Source: Tubiluchus corallicola
Taxonomy: Eukaryota; Animalia; Priapulida
Length of the DNA: 50,662 bases
Reading direction: 5' to 3'
NCBI GenBank assembly: GCA_030141605.1
Contig: JAQGDQ010001271.1
Location: forward strand, 1 to 50,662
A model generated the notes under the pieces. That model ran no database searches. It was not told where the DNA came from and worked only from the letters and a program-made list of their open reading frames with translations. Both the position numbers and the translations under genes were made by a program. Each line of letters begins with the position of its first letter. Positions within the stretch are counted from its first letter, which is position 1. Positions 26,982 to 50,662 of this stretch are shown here, piece by piece.

Positions 26982-27399
26982 GGTATATGGTACTAGTTTA
27001 CAGACATTAACTTAGTTAATTAACATAACATTTGTAATTAAAATTAACCTTTGTAGTTTGGTAATCACCTACACAATGATAGTAAAATGGATCTTCATGA
27101 TGCGCAATTTCAAGACTTGACATGCCATCTTGGAGTTCGACCCCCTGAGTCGAATTCAGTCCAATATTTTAATTAACTATAAGAGCTACGTTTTTCTTGC
27201 AGGGTAAACTGTAACATGGTGATGAAGACGAAATAAAAGTTTCCTTAGCAACGCGCGTTTCTTGTATTGAGGAATGCTACATTAGCAACAGATGTACGGA
27301 CTTGGACCAACAAGCGGGTCATCAACGCATTAGCAGTTAAATCAATCAATATTAGTACGATTACAAATCTGTATTGATCAATTTTTGTGTAGATCTATC

Positions 27400-30380
27400 A
27401 TAAAACATAATTGTTCATCTTCATTGGAAAATACCAAATATTGAAGAAGATTCTAGCTCGACAGTGCATCAGTGCAGAAAAATGAAAATCAGTGATCATG
27501 TGAATCAGTGTTTGTGTTAGACTCATCATGCAAAATTTTACATCTTTATTGGAAAAGGTTCTACTGTCAGTCCACCGGTACTCGTGTGAATCAGTGTCTG
27601 TGTTGGGCTCATCGTGCAAAGTTGTACATCTTTATTGGAAAATGTGCTCTCGTCAGCCCATCGGTGCTCATGTGAATCGATGTTTGTGTTGAAATATGTC
27701 GCTCAGAATTGTGTATCACTACTGGAAAATGTGCAATCAGCTCACTGGTGCATCTATGCTCATGTTAATCAGCGTTTGTGTCATGAAGCAAGAATCAGGC
27801 ATCATTTTGTCAAAATGTTGATAACAGTGTGAAAAAAATATTCAATTTCGTCACTTCGTTAGCACTTGTGTTAATCAATGCTAATGTTGACTATCGTGCA
27901 ACTGAATCTGTGCATTTTATTAGAAAATGTGCAACATCAATGAAACAAGAAGATTCTTTGATGATTTATAGTATATTAATTAACTCGTCAGTGCATCAGT
28001 GCTCGCGAGAATCAGTATCTGTGTTGACCAAGTACGCAAAATTATGTCTTTCTTGGAAAATGCTCAATTATTAGTTAGCAGGTCAGTGCATCAGTGCTCG
28101 TGCGAATCAGTATCTGTGTTGACCAAGTACGCAAAATTATGTCTTTCTTGGAAAATGCTCAATTATTAGTTAGCTGGTCAGTGCATCAGTGCTTGTGTGA
28201 ATCAGCGTCTGTGTTGACCAAGTACGCAAAATTATGTGTCTTTCTTGGAAAATGCTCAATTATTAGTTAGCTGGTCAGTGCATCAGTGCTTGTGTGAATC
28301 AGCGTCTGTGTTGACCAAGTACGCAAAATTATGTCTTTCTTGGAAAATGCTCAATTATTAGTTAGCTGGTCAGTGCATCAGTGCTCGTGTGAATCAGTGT
28401 CTGTGTTGACCAAGTACGCAAAATTATGTGTCTTTCTTGGAAAATGCTCAATTATTAGTTAGCTGGTCAGTGCATCAGTGCTTGTGTGAATCAGTGTCTG
28501 TGTTGACCAAGTACGCAAAATTATGTGTCTTTCTTGGAAAATGCTCAATTATTAGTTAGCTGGTCAGTGCATCAGTGCTTATGTGAATCTGCGTTTGTGT
28601 TGACCAAGTACGCAAAATTGTGTGTCTTTCTTGGAAAATGCTCAATTATTAGTTAGCTAGTCAGTGCATCAGTGCTCGCGAGAATCAGTGTCTGTGTTGA
28701 CCAAGTACGCAAAATTATGTGTCTTTCTTGGAAAATGCTCAATTATTAGTTAGCTGGTCAGTGCATCAGTGCTCGTGTAAATCAGTGTCTGTGTTGACAC
28801 AACATGCAAAATTGTGCATCTTTATTAGACAGTGTGCAGTATTAATTGCGTCAGCGATACATTAGTGCGCTTGCAAATCAGCATTTGTGTTGACCTATCA
28901 AAATTATGCATCATCAACAATCTCAGTCTCAGTGATCAGCATAAAAAATTGCTCATTTTCCCACTTCATGGGCGTCTGTGTTAATCAGTGCTTGTGTTAA
29001 AATATATCGTCCAAAATCGTGCATCATTACTGGAAAATGTGCAGGAAAATTTGTGCTCATGTTTGTGTCATAATGCAAAATGGGGCATCATTTTTACACA
29101 ATGCCGATGACCAGTGTGAAAAAATCATTCAGTTTTGCCGCTTTGTTAGCGCTTGTGTTAATCAATGCTAATGTTGACTATCGTGCAACTGAATCTGTGC
29201 ATTTTATTAGAAAATTTGCAACATCAGCGAAACAAGAAGATTCTGTGAGTGATGATTAGCTCATCAGTGCATCTGTGCTCGTGTGAATCAGTGTTTGCAT
29301 TGACGCAACATGCAAAATTGTGTGTCTTCATTGGAAAATGCTCAATTGTTGATTAGCTGAACAGTGCACCAGTGTTTGTGTTAATTAGTGTTTGCATTGA
29401 TTCAACGTGCAAATTGTCTGTCTTTACTGGAAAATGTTCAATATTAATTAGCTGATCGTGCAGTGCTCCCCTGCTCCTGTGAATCTGTGTTTATGTTGAC
29501 CCAACATGCAAAACTGTGTATCTTTACCTGCATGTGTGTCTTTACCTGCAAAGTTAATTACTTTGCCAGTGCAGTAGTACTCATATGAATCTGTTTTTGT
29601 GTAGAACTATTATGCAAAACTGTGCATTATCGTTGAAAATTATTCAGTGTTTGCGTTGTTTTATCATGTAAAATTCTGCATCATTGTTTTTAAAATGTGC
29701 AGTATTAATCATGTCAACGGTACATCATGACTCTTACAATTCAGTGTTTGTGTTGACCTATCAAAATTGTGCATCACTGACAATCTTAGCCTCAGCAATC
29801 AGTGAGAAAAATCTTCATTTTATCGTTTCATGGATGTCTTTGTTAACCAGTGCTTGTGTTAATATATATCGTGCAAAATTGTGAATACTGGAAAATGGGC
29901 AATACTAATTAGTTCATCAGTGGCACCTATAATGCAAAAGTGCCAACCTTCAAATTGGAAAATGTGCAATATTAATTAGTTCGTCAATGGCACATATAAT
30001 GCAAAAGTGCCAACCTTCACATTGGAAAATGTGCACTATTATTTATCTCGTCTATGCATCAGTGCTCGTATTAACAAGTGTTTATGTTGCTTCTATCACG
30101 CAAAAATTGTGCATCTTTACTGGAAAATGTGCAATATTAATTAGCTCGTCAATGGCAGCTATGCACTTGTGAATCAGTGTTCATTTCATCGTGCAAAACG
30201 GTGCGTCATTTTTGCAAAATCTCTGATTACCAGTGTGAAACAATGATTCAGTTTCATTACTTCGTCAAATGTTCGTGTTAATCAGCGTTTAATGATCAGT
30301 TACACAAAACGGTGCGTCTCGGAATTCTCTTCGATTAATGCACAATATTCAGTTGATCTGCAGCATCAATGTTCGTGTTA
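27400..30380. repeat. Old degenerate ~95-bp satellite with a homogenised 95/97-bp core at ~27987-28800
   Basis: Core unit GTCAGTGCATCAGTGCTCGTGTGAATCAGTGTCTGTGTTGACCAAGTACGCAAAATTATGT(GT)CTTTCTTGGAAAATGCTCAATTATTAGTTAGCTG. The flanks retain TGGAAAATG, GTGAATCAGTG and GCAAAATTG motifs. Confidence 0.92.
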
Positions 30381-30856
30381 AAAGGATTGACTTACCTCTC
30401 CCACAAGTGCTGGTTATTGAGCCAATATGATACAAAGATTTCGATGAGTATATGATAATGAAATGTGAAAAAAACTGGAAATGTGGAAAACTTCAAATTG
30501 CAGTGACTTCCGCTGATACTTCCGCTGATTAACTTCAGTCGCTTCGTTTACTTTCTTGTTTTCTAACGTTTTATTTGCATACATTGTGATTTGTCAGTTT
30601 TTTGTGAAAAATTTCAAAACTTTATTAGGAAGTTGCTCGTAAACAGTTATTTATTTGATTCGTATAAGTGGCATTTAAACAGTGCTACATTGCAAAGTTT
30701 TTTTATATTCTGTGAGCAATGTCTTATAGTTGTAGCTGGGATATAGCCTCGCACCATAGTGCATAGTTAAGTTTCTTCTGGAGCTGGAAAAATCCCTACG
30801 GTTCCGTAGAATTTATATTCACGATACGTTCCACATTAAGGCATTACCATTGTCTT

Positions 30857-31420
30857 TGTGGAAGTTGGAATTGTACATTGTAGTTAGGTGCTGCCATCTA
30901 TGTGCTAATCTTGTTACATTCTACCAGCTGGCATACCTTCAGTGTAATTGTATGGTCCAGTGACGACATACACACTGGTCCTCTCCCTATCTAAAATTAA
31001 CGGTTGTTGTGAAGCCTGTGCAACTCTGCATAGGTCAAGTTCTATACCTGTATACTGACTGTGAAACAGGTTTTACTGACTGTTTTTGCTTTCTAGTTTT
31101 TGCTCAATGTTCAGTGCAGCAGTTTTGCTACTCATGTTTTCTGTAGTTTAATAAACACTTTTCAGTTGTGTGCAGTGCAAATATTTATTATAGATTTTTG
31201 GTTCCTATCCATACTTCTCTGTGTCTAAACTCGATCATAACAAAGTGACTGAACAACAACTTCAAGAATGACTTTCACAATCTTTCTATACCAGGTTACC
31301 TTTTTTAATACAATGAAACACATTGCCTCTCGACTCGACTACTTGCCAAGGTTTACAGAGATGTGAGTTTTTTGCAATAAAATTATTCCGTTTTCTATTG
31401 TCCAAATTCATAGCACATCA
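30857..31420 (+). mobile_element. LTR-like dispersed repeat related to 19495-20530
   Basis: Starts TGTGGAAGTTG; shared blocks as listed for the other copy; AATAAA at ~31150. Confidence 0.5.
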
Positions 31421-31514
31421 CGCCAAAGTTGCAAACACGAATAAGATCTTGAGTATAAGCTTAGTACTTTAGTTGTAGTCTGGCACCCGCACGCCGTCAT
31501 AGTCTGGCACCCCG

Positions 31515-31797
31515 TCAAAGTTTCGTTAAAACCACGCGATGTTGACCTTTCTCTTTAATACAATTTTGGACGACGTGCAAAATAAGTGCCAATCGTCTGT
31601 TGATTGCTTGGAAATGAGAATCAGCTAAAATAGGTATCGCGTACCTAGCAGCTAAAGTTTCTTTTAATCTCTCCCCCAGTGTTTTACTACTGCCAAAGTA
31701 CATTTTTAATAACATCCTAAAGGTGGCAGCACGTATCAAGCAGCACTGGATTATTGGAGCCAATATGGAGATTTCGTCATGAGAAAAGCGTCCGAAC
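31515..31797 (-). CDS. FAM20C: FAM20C-like terminal exon
   Basis: Acceptor TTTGCAG, phase 2; FGRFSHDEISILAPIIQCC...RVVLTKL*. Confidence 0.85.
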
Positions 31798-32174
31798 CTG
31801 CAAATAAACTTTCTTAATTTAATTACAATTATAATGCAATTGCTGTATGACGATAGTAATTTAGTATTGTTGCTTGCAATAGTTTGGCACCAAAACTTTG
31901 GTTAACAAAAGTTTAATGTACAATGTGTTACTAAATATTTATACACACCGTCTTTCTTCTTGCTATGCTTATACAACGTGCAATTACCTAATTTGATTCT
32001 TATACAAAGAATAATAGTAATAGAATTATACATCTAAAGGTCAACTGTCTACAGTTAGATGATACAGACGATAATTGATATAGAAATGGTCCATAGCACT
32101 AAGTAATGATAATAATAATACTTATACCGAGCATTACGTAAAGTACTAAATCTATTGTCTATACATTAACTTAC

Positions 32175-32320
32175 CCTTTACCCTGGTCCAGATGCAAAAT
32201 GAATCCTCTGTTGCCAAAATCCCTGAATGTTTCGTAATGGTGCCTATCCATGTTTCCAATTAAAAAATCCAAAACGGAGAGGTCCATCAGATCCAGTAGC
32301 CTTCTTCCAGTTCGGTAGAT
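32175..32320 (-). CDS. FAM20C: FAM20C-like catalytic-loop exon
   Basis: GTCTAG| ... |GTAAGT; encodes [13 protein letters not shown] and HLDQGKG. Confidence 0.88.
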
Positions 32321-32339
32321 CTAGACAGAATTAGAAAAG

Positions 32340-32982
32340 GCATTGTTGTGAACAATGATTTCTGCATTGTTGTGAGTAATGATTTCTGCATTGTTGTGAA
32401 TAATGATTTCTGCATTGTTGTGAATAAGGATTTCTGCATTGTTGTGAATAAGGATTTCTGCATTGTTGTGAATAAAGATTTCTGCATTGTTGTGAATAAT
32501 GACTTCTGCATTGTTGTGAATAATGATTTCTGCATTGTTGCGAATAATGATTTCTGCATTGTTGTGAATAATGATTTGTGCATTGTTGTGAATAAAGATT
32601 TCTGCATTGTTGTGAATAAGGATTTCTGCATTGTTGTGAGTAATGATTTCTGCATTGTTGTGAGTAATGATTTCTGCATTGTTGTGAATAATGATTTCTG
32701 CATTGTTGTGAATAAGGATTTCTGCATTGTTGTGAATAAGGATTTCTGCATTGTTGTGAATAATGATTTGTGCATTGTTGTGAATAAAGATTTCTGCATT
32801 GTTGTGAATAAGGATTTCTGCATTGTTGTGAGTAATGATTTCTGCATTGTTGTGAATAAAGATTTCTGCATTGTTGTGAGTAATGATTTCTGCGTTGTTG
32901 TGAATAAGGATTTCTGCATTGTTGTGAGTAATGATTTCTGCGTTGTTGTGAATAAGGATTTCTGCATTGTTGTGAATAATTT
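32340..32982. repeat. 24-bp tandem array, ~27 copies, intronic, starting ~20 bp from the FAM20 acceptor site
   Basis: Unit TGCATTGTTGTGAATAATGATTTC. Confidence 0.98.
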
Positions 32983-33315
32983 CTTCATCACAAAAGCAAT
33001 TAATTTGTATTAAAATTCACGGGTTCTGAGAAACAAAGTAAGAAGGCTTATTGGAAAATTAGTTTGTGTTAAATTTCTAATTTATTTTAATTTAATTGTT
33101 TTTTGTTTTGCTTTCCGCTGTATAATTAGAAGCTGTCACATCATAATTACAACAAAAATATCACAAGATCTTAAATCTTGTCTACTGCAGGACAGCATGT
33201 AAACTTCTGTGGTACCAAGACCTCGTGAAAAGTGCGTCTAATTTAATATGAACAATTTTAGAAAAGCTTGGATCTATGCAGCTACAGCCTATTTGTACAA
33301 TGCTGAAAATGACCC

Positions 33316-33440
33316 CACACTGTGGTGGTCACACTGTGGTGGTCACACTGTGGTGGTCACACTGTGGTGGTCACACTGTGGTGGTCACACTGTGGTGGTC
33401 ACTGTGGTGGTCACACTGTGGTGGTCACACTGTTGGTCAT
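33316..33440. repeat. 14-bp tandem repeat, ~9 copies
   Basis: Unit CACACTGTGGTGGT. Confidence 0.95.
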
Positions 33441-33499
33441 CGTGGTAAAATTACTTTGTACAGATTTCGTATATTAAAACACATGGAATCATGACTTAC

Positions 33500-33700
33500 T
33501 TGCTCTTGACGGACAATGCTACAATAACGAGGGTTTTTCTCCCATTCAGCCATTTTTCGCTTTTGGTAACTCCTCCTCCACGGATATTTTTGGGTGGTCC
33601 TTTTTGCAATGATCCTTCGGTGGTACATCTGGCTCTCCACAGATGGCGTGAGCTGTATCGCAGTAATAGCTGCACTTACCGTGGAAGCAAATATTATCCG
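33500..33700 (-). pseudogene. FAM20C: FAM20C-like exon with a frameshifting deletion
   Basis: 201 nt between a phase-1 acceptor and a phase-0 donor, which is frame-incompatible. The EGSxxxFL segment is missing, and the incoming frame hits TGA at 33546-33548. Confidence 0.85.
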
Positions 33701-33734
33701 CTGTAAAAAAACGATAATTTGCTTCAGAGTATAT

Positions 33735-34075
33735 AATATATATATATATATATTAATTCTATATTGGTCATTAAAATGGTTCACTCATTATAATAAAATT
33801 GAGTAAGCCTCAGCGTAATGCTAAAATAACAACACTGTTCAAGACGAATGTGTCCAGTGCATACTAAAAAAAACTAAAGTGCAAAACTAAGGTTTAATTA
33901 TATACAATAAATGAACATATTTACAAACACCATATTAAAATATTTTTACAAAACAATATTACAAAAGTACATTAAATTTTACATGACATATTTTACACTA
34001 TATATACATTTGACGTGTCACAATTAACAGAAACATGTTTTACATTAGATAAATTTCGCTCAATACATTTACACT
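33735..34075 (-). mobile_element. Inverted copy of the 2180-2460 repeat (retroelement 3' UTR-like)
   Basis: Direct alignment by eye, including the (TA)n tail. Confidence 0.7.
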
Positions 34076-34199
34076 ATTTATACATTTGACATTACAAATG
34101 TCTAATCACTTGGTATACTGAAAATGTAATCAACAATGCCGTTGCTTTGGTGGAAAACATTTCTATTACCATTTATACCCATTACACTTTCGTAGTGCT

Positions 34200-34702
34200 A
34201 GGAGTACAAGAGGAAATGTACGCGAAACGCAATGAATCAGATGGACGGTTGCAGCAATACAAAATTTAGAACGTGTGTCAGTTTGAGTCCGGCCATCATG
34301 GTACATAAGATGTCCACTCTAATGGACGAAACGCCAGAGAACTATCAACGTATGGCTACGTCGCGATTACGTCTTTCTTCTTACCGGCTGGCAATATAGG
34401 ATGGACGCTGGTCAAGAACCCCACAGAACCCGTGTAAGTGTGCTCATATGATGCTAAACGTGTATCGATAATTCTCAGTGAAAATATGGCAATCGATTTA
34501 GACATAATTAACACAGCTGCCCTTTGCTTCGTCTGCTGGCTGTATTAAAGGGCTTCTTAGTAAAATACATTGTAATGATTTATTTGCTGTGTTAATAAAA
34601 TTACTACTACTACTACTACTACCACTACCACTACCACTACCACTACCACTACCACTACCACTACCACTACCACTACCACTACCACTACCACTACTACTAC
34701 TA
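34200..34702 (+). mobile_element. Decayed LINE 3' end (RTE-X-like) with AATAAA and a (TAC/CAC)n tail
   Basis: From 34352 reads MATSRLRLSSYRLAI*DGRWSRTP, matching the xLRLSSHxLxIExGRW motif. AATAAA at 34594 is immediately followed by the microsatellite. Confidence 0.72.
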
Positions 34703-35429
34703 AAACTTTTGAAAACTTTCTGTTGCGTTGGGAGACGTTGAGAACGAGTAATGTGTAGTCAAGTCAATTGTAATAAAGGAAAAATTTTCCATCGCAGTTT
34801 TCATTGTTCTTGTTAGAGTTTTGCGTCTAACTAAATTCGATTCAATCTCCAGTTGTCTGAAAATGTTGTAGAAACGTAAGAGTAAGGAACTACCTACTCG
34901 GCGACATTAAAGATAGCATAAACTCAACAAACTAATGACATCGTCTGTAGAAAAATAATCTATTTATTAACGTGTTCTACTTAACTATATAACAACCTCG
35001 AATAGTGCTTGAACATTTGTAGAACATATAACAGAATTAAAAACAAAATGTCCATAAAACAATTTATCTGACAACATACATACTCTTATAACAATAACGA
35101 CGTTATTTAAAATTTTACAAAATCAAATCTAACTGGTAAAAATGTACTTTAACTGTTAATTAAAATAAAGTCTCTGTCTTGTAGATCTTTTCTGCATTAG
35201 TGTAAATATTTTCCTCAAACGATCAAAAAAACATTTGAGTTTGTCCTGGGAGAGGTCCAGAACTATTTCTACTACTCCTGTAAACATCCCAGTGAGATAT
35301 CCTACAGTAACCAATAAATGCACAAGTGAAGTTACTCCTATGTTAAATGATAACATAAAATTTCTTAGTATCAGGTAACTTTTGTGCTTCGTTTTTCCAT
35401 TTATGTTTTTACACGTCTCATCTTCACAT

Positions 35430-35850
35430 GAAATGGTTGGCATCCTTCTGTCTCGGAAGACAATGGAGTGTGCCCCAAGAGAGTCAGTTATTGATCACAT
35501 TGATGGAGCTGCAGCGTCGACTGTGGCTGAGCAGTCCGATCCTTGAACGTCTCCAGGGCACACGCCTGGGCAAGGTGTATGGAGATCCTGAGTTGCCCAG
35601 ACAGCAGGAACCCCCTCTCTTCCTCGCTGGTGTAGTGCAAAGGAAAGCGGAGCGTTGCGTTTGGCACCAGGTTGGCTGCAGGAGCTGCCGGAGTCAGTGA
35701 GCATGCTGCACTGGTCCGCCTTCGGGGCTCCACTCCTGATTTGGAAGGTTTACTCCTCTACACTTGGGTCACTTGACCTCCTCAGCCCTCTAGCCGTTGG
35801 CTGCTTGTGCAGCTCCTCCGCCTAGTGTCGAGATACAAATCTTCACAGAC
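35430..35850 (-). mobile_element. GC-rich segment, possibly a decayed LINE ORF2 3' end
   Basis: Compositional outlier; ExRRR...ACSL and ALETFKDR resemble LINE C-terminal motifs, but only weakly. Confidence 0.35.
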
Positions 35851-36045
35851 TCCGTTATTATATAGTTATTGTATAATGTACAGCTGGTTTAAAACAAACA
35901 AAACTAAGTAAGACTAGAATGCGATAGGCCAAAACGTCTTTCGTAAATGTAGAACGTTGTGCAGTTTCGTGACAGCGGTTGTAATGTGTCACTCTCTTTC
36001 TTCTAGATACGAAAATCTAGAGTCTAAAACCAGGTGTGTTTGAAT

Positions 36046-48933
<12,888 letters not shown>

Positions 48934-49134
48934 CTACAAGAATGAGAAACGAAAATCAGTGTTGTAGGCTAAGTAAAGCAATATGAAAGAATAATAAAGG
49001 TTGATTCAGATGTGCATGTTATTCTGTTTCTTAAGTTAAAGATATCAGAGTAGCTTATTTAAGAATAGCCAACGTCGTACTGAAAAAGATTGTTAAAAGC
49101 ATTTACGCACAAGCTTCGGTCGCTGAATGTGATA

Positions 49135-50662
49135 ATAACAGTTTTTGTCATAACTGTGCAATTCTTTTGCTGCTCTTATAACAGTTTTTTGTCATAACTG
49201 TGCAATTCTTTTGCTGCTCTTATAACAGTTTTTTGTCATAACTGTACAATTCTTTTGCTGCTCCTATAACAGTTTTGTCATAACTGTGCAATTCTTTTGC
49301 TGCTCCTATAACAGTTTTTGTCACAACTGTGCAATTCTTTTGCTGCTCCTATAACAATTTTTGTCATAACTGTGCAATTCTTTTGCTGCTCCTATAACAG
49401 TTTTGTCATAACTGTGCAATTCTTTTTCTGCTCCTATAACAGTTTTGTCATAACTGTGCAATTCTTTTTCTGCTCCTATAACAGTTTTTGCCATAACTGT
49501 GCAATTCTTTTGCTGCTCCTATAACAGTTTTTGTCATAACTGTGCAATTCTTTTGCTGCTCCTATAACAGTTTTTGTCATAACTGTGCAATTCTTTTGCT
49601 GCTCCTATAACAGTTTTTGTCATAACTGTGCAATTCTTTTGCTGCTCCTATAACAGTTTTTGTCATAACTGTGCAATTCTTTTGCTGCTCCTATAACAGT
49701 TTTTGTCATAATTGTGCAATTCTTTTGCTGCTCCTATAACAGTTTTGTCATAACTGTGCAATTCTTTTGCTGCTCCTATAACAGTTTTTGTCATAACTGT
49801 GCAATTCTTTTGCTGCTCCTATAACAGTTTTTGTCATAACTGTGCAATTCTTTTGCTGCTCCTATAACAGTTTTTGTCATAACTGTGCAATTCTTTTGCT
49901 GCTCCTATAACAGTTTTGTCATAACTGTGCAATTCTTTTTCTGCTCCTATAACAGTTTTTGTCATAACTGTGCAATTCTTTTGCTGCTCCTATAACAGTT
50001 TTGTCATAACTGTGCAATTCTTTTGCTGCTCCTATAACAGTTTTTGTCATAACTGTGCAATTCTTTTGCTGCTCCTATAACAGTTTTTGTCATAACTGTG
50101 CAATTCTTTTGCTGCTCCTATAACAGTTTTGTCATAACTGTGCAATTCTTTTGCTGCTCTTATAACAGTTTTTTGTCATAACTGTACAATTCTTTTGCTG
50201 CTCATATAACAGTTTTGTCATAACTGTGCAATTCTTTTGCTGCTCCTATAACAGTTTTTTGTCATAACTGTACAATTCTTTTGCTGCTCATATAACAGTT
50301 TTGTCTTAACTGTGCAATTCTTTTGCTCTTCCTATAACAGTTTTTGTCATAACTGTGCAATTCTTTTACTGTTCCTATAACAGTTTTTGTCATAACTGTG
50401 CAATTCTTTTGCTGCTCATATAACAGTTTTGTCTTAACTGTGCAATTCTTTTGCTGCTCATATAACAGTTTTGTCTTAACTGTGCAATTCTTTTGCTGCT
50501 TCTATAACAGTTTTTGTCATGACTGTGCAATTCTTTTGCTGCTCCTATAACAGTTTTTGTCATAACTGTGCAATTCTTTTGCTGCTCCTATAACAGTTTT
50601 TGTCATAACTGTGCAATTCGTTTGCTGCTCCTATAACTGTTTTTGCCACAACTGTGCAATTC
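49135..50662. repeat. 42-44-bp tandem array, at least 35 copies, intronic; runs off the window end
   Basis: Unit ATAACAGTTTTTGTCATAACTGTGCAATTCTTTTGCTGCTCCT. Confidence 0.98.

Larger units (their letters stand above)
31515..33700 (-). pseudogene. FAM20C: FAM20C-like secretory-pathway kinase, 3' three exons (33700-33500, 32320-32175, 31797-31515); frameshifted, 5' exons not found
   Basis: Spliced translation [26 protein letters not shown]/fs/[38 protein letters not shown]|[49 protein letters not shown]|FGRFSHDEISILAPIIQCCLIR...INRRLALILHVVQNCI. This is an unmistakable FAM20C-type kinase C-lobe with canonical splice sites. Confidence 0.88.

Noticed and set aside
32287-33013. TTMQKSLF / NNDFCIVV repeat ORFs
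   Set aside because: 24-bp intronic array inside the FAM20-like gene, open on both strands by chance.
33615-33626. GT...AG micro-intron that might rescue the FAM20 frameshift
   Set aside because: Only 12 nt long, does not change the frame and cannot restore the missing EGS segment.
35156-35443. 95-aa ORF as the missing FAM20 5' exon
   Set aside because: No FAM20 N-lobe motifs; probably SLCO 3' UTR or intergenic.

Overview
AT-rich, repeat-saturated genomic DNA from an animal, probably an invertebrate; the taxon cannot be determined from sequence alone. It is not prokaryotic and has no CRISPR array. Three spliced coding units can be reconstructed by hand from GT-AG sites and consistent intron phases. 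(1) The 3' seven exons of an OATP/SLCO organic anion transporter (minus strand, 36046-48933; the 5' part lies beyond the window). (2) Three 3' exons of a FAM20C-like secretory-pathway kinase (minus strand, 31515-33700). These carry a frameshifting ~26-nt deletion and have no visible 5' exons, so this is probably a pseudogene. (3) An intact two-exon gene for a 264-aa secreted LRR-type protein (plus strand, 16829-18250), bracketed by Helitron-like repeats. The remainder is about a dozen unrelated minisatellite arrays (units 14-97 bp), microsatellites, four copies of a hAT-type MITE with perfect 8-bp TSDs, a satellite-carrying TIR element, solo-LTR-like elements and decayed LINE 3' ends. The most striking structures are a ~10-kb foldback whose arms are mirror-image satellite arrays and a possible Helitron end-bypass cassette containing the whole LRR gene. 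Nearly all long ORFs in the supplied track are repeat artefacts.
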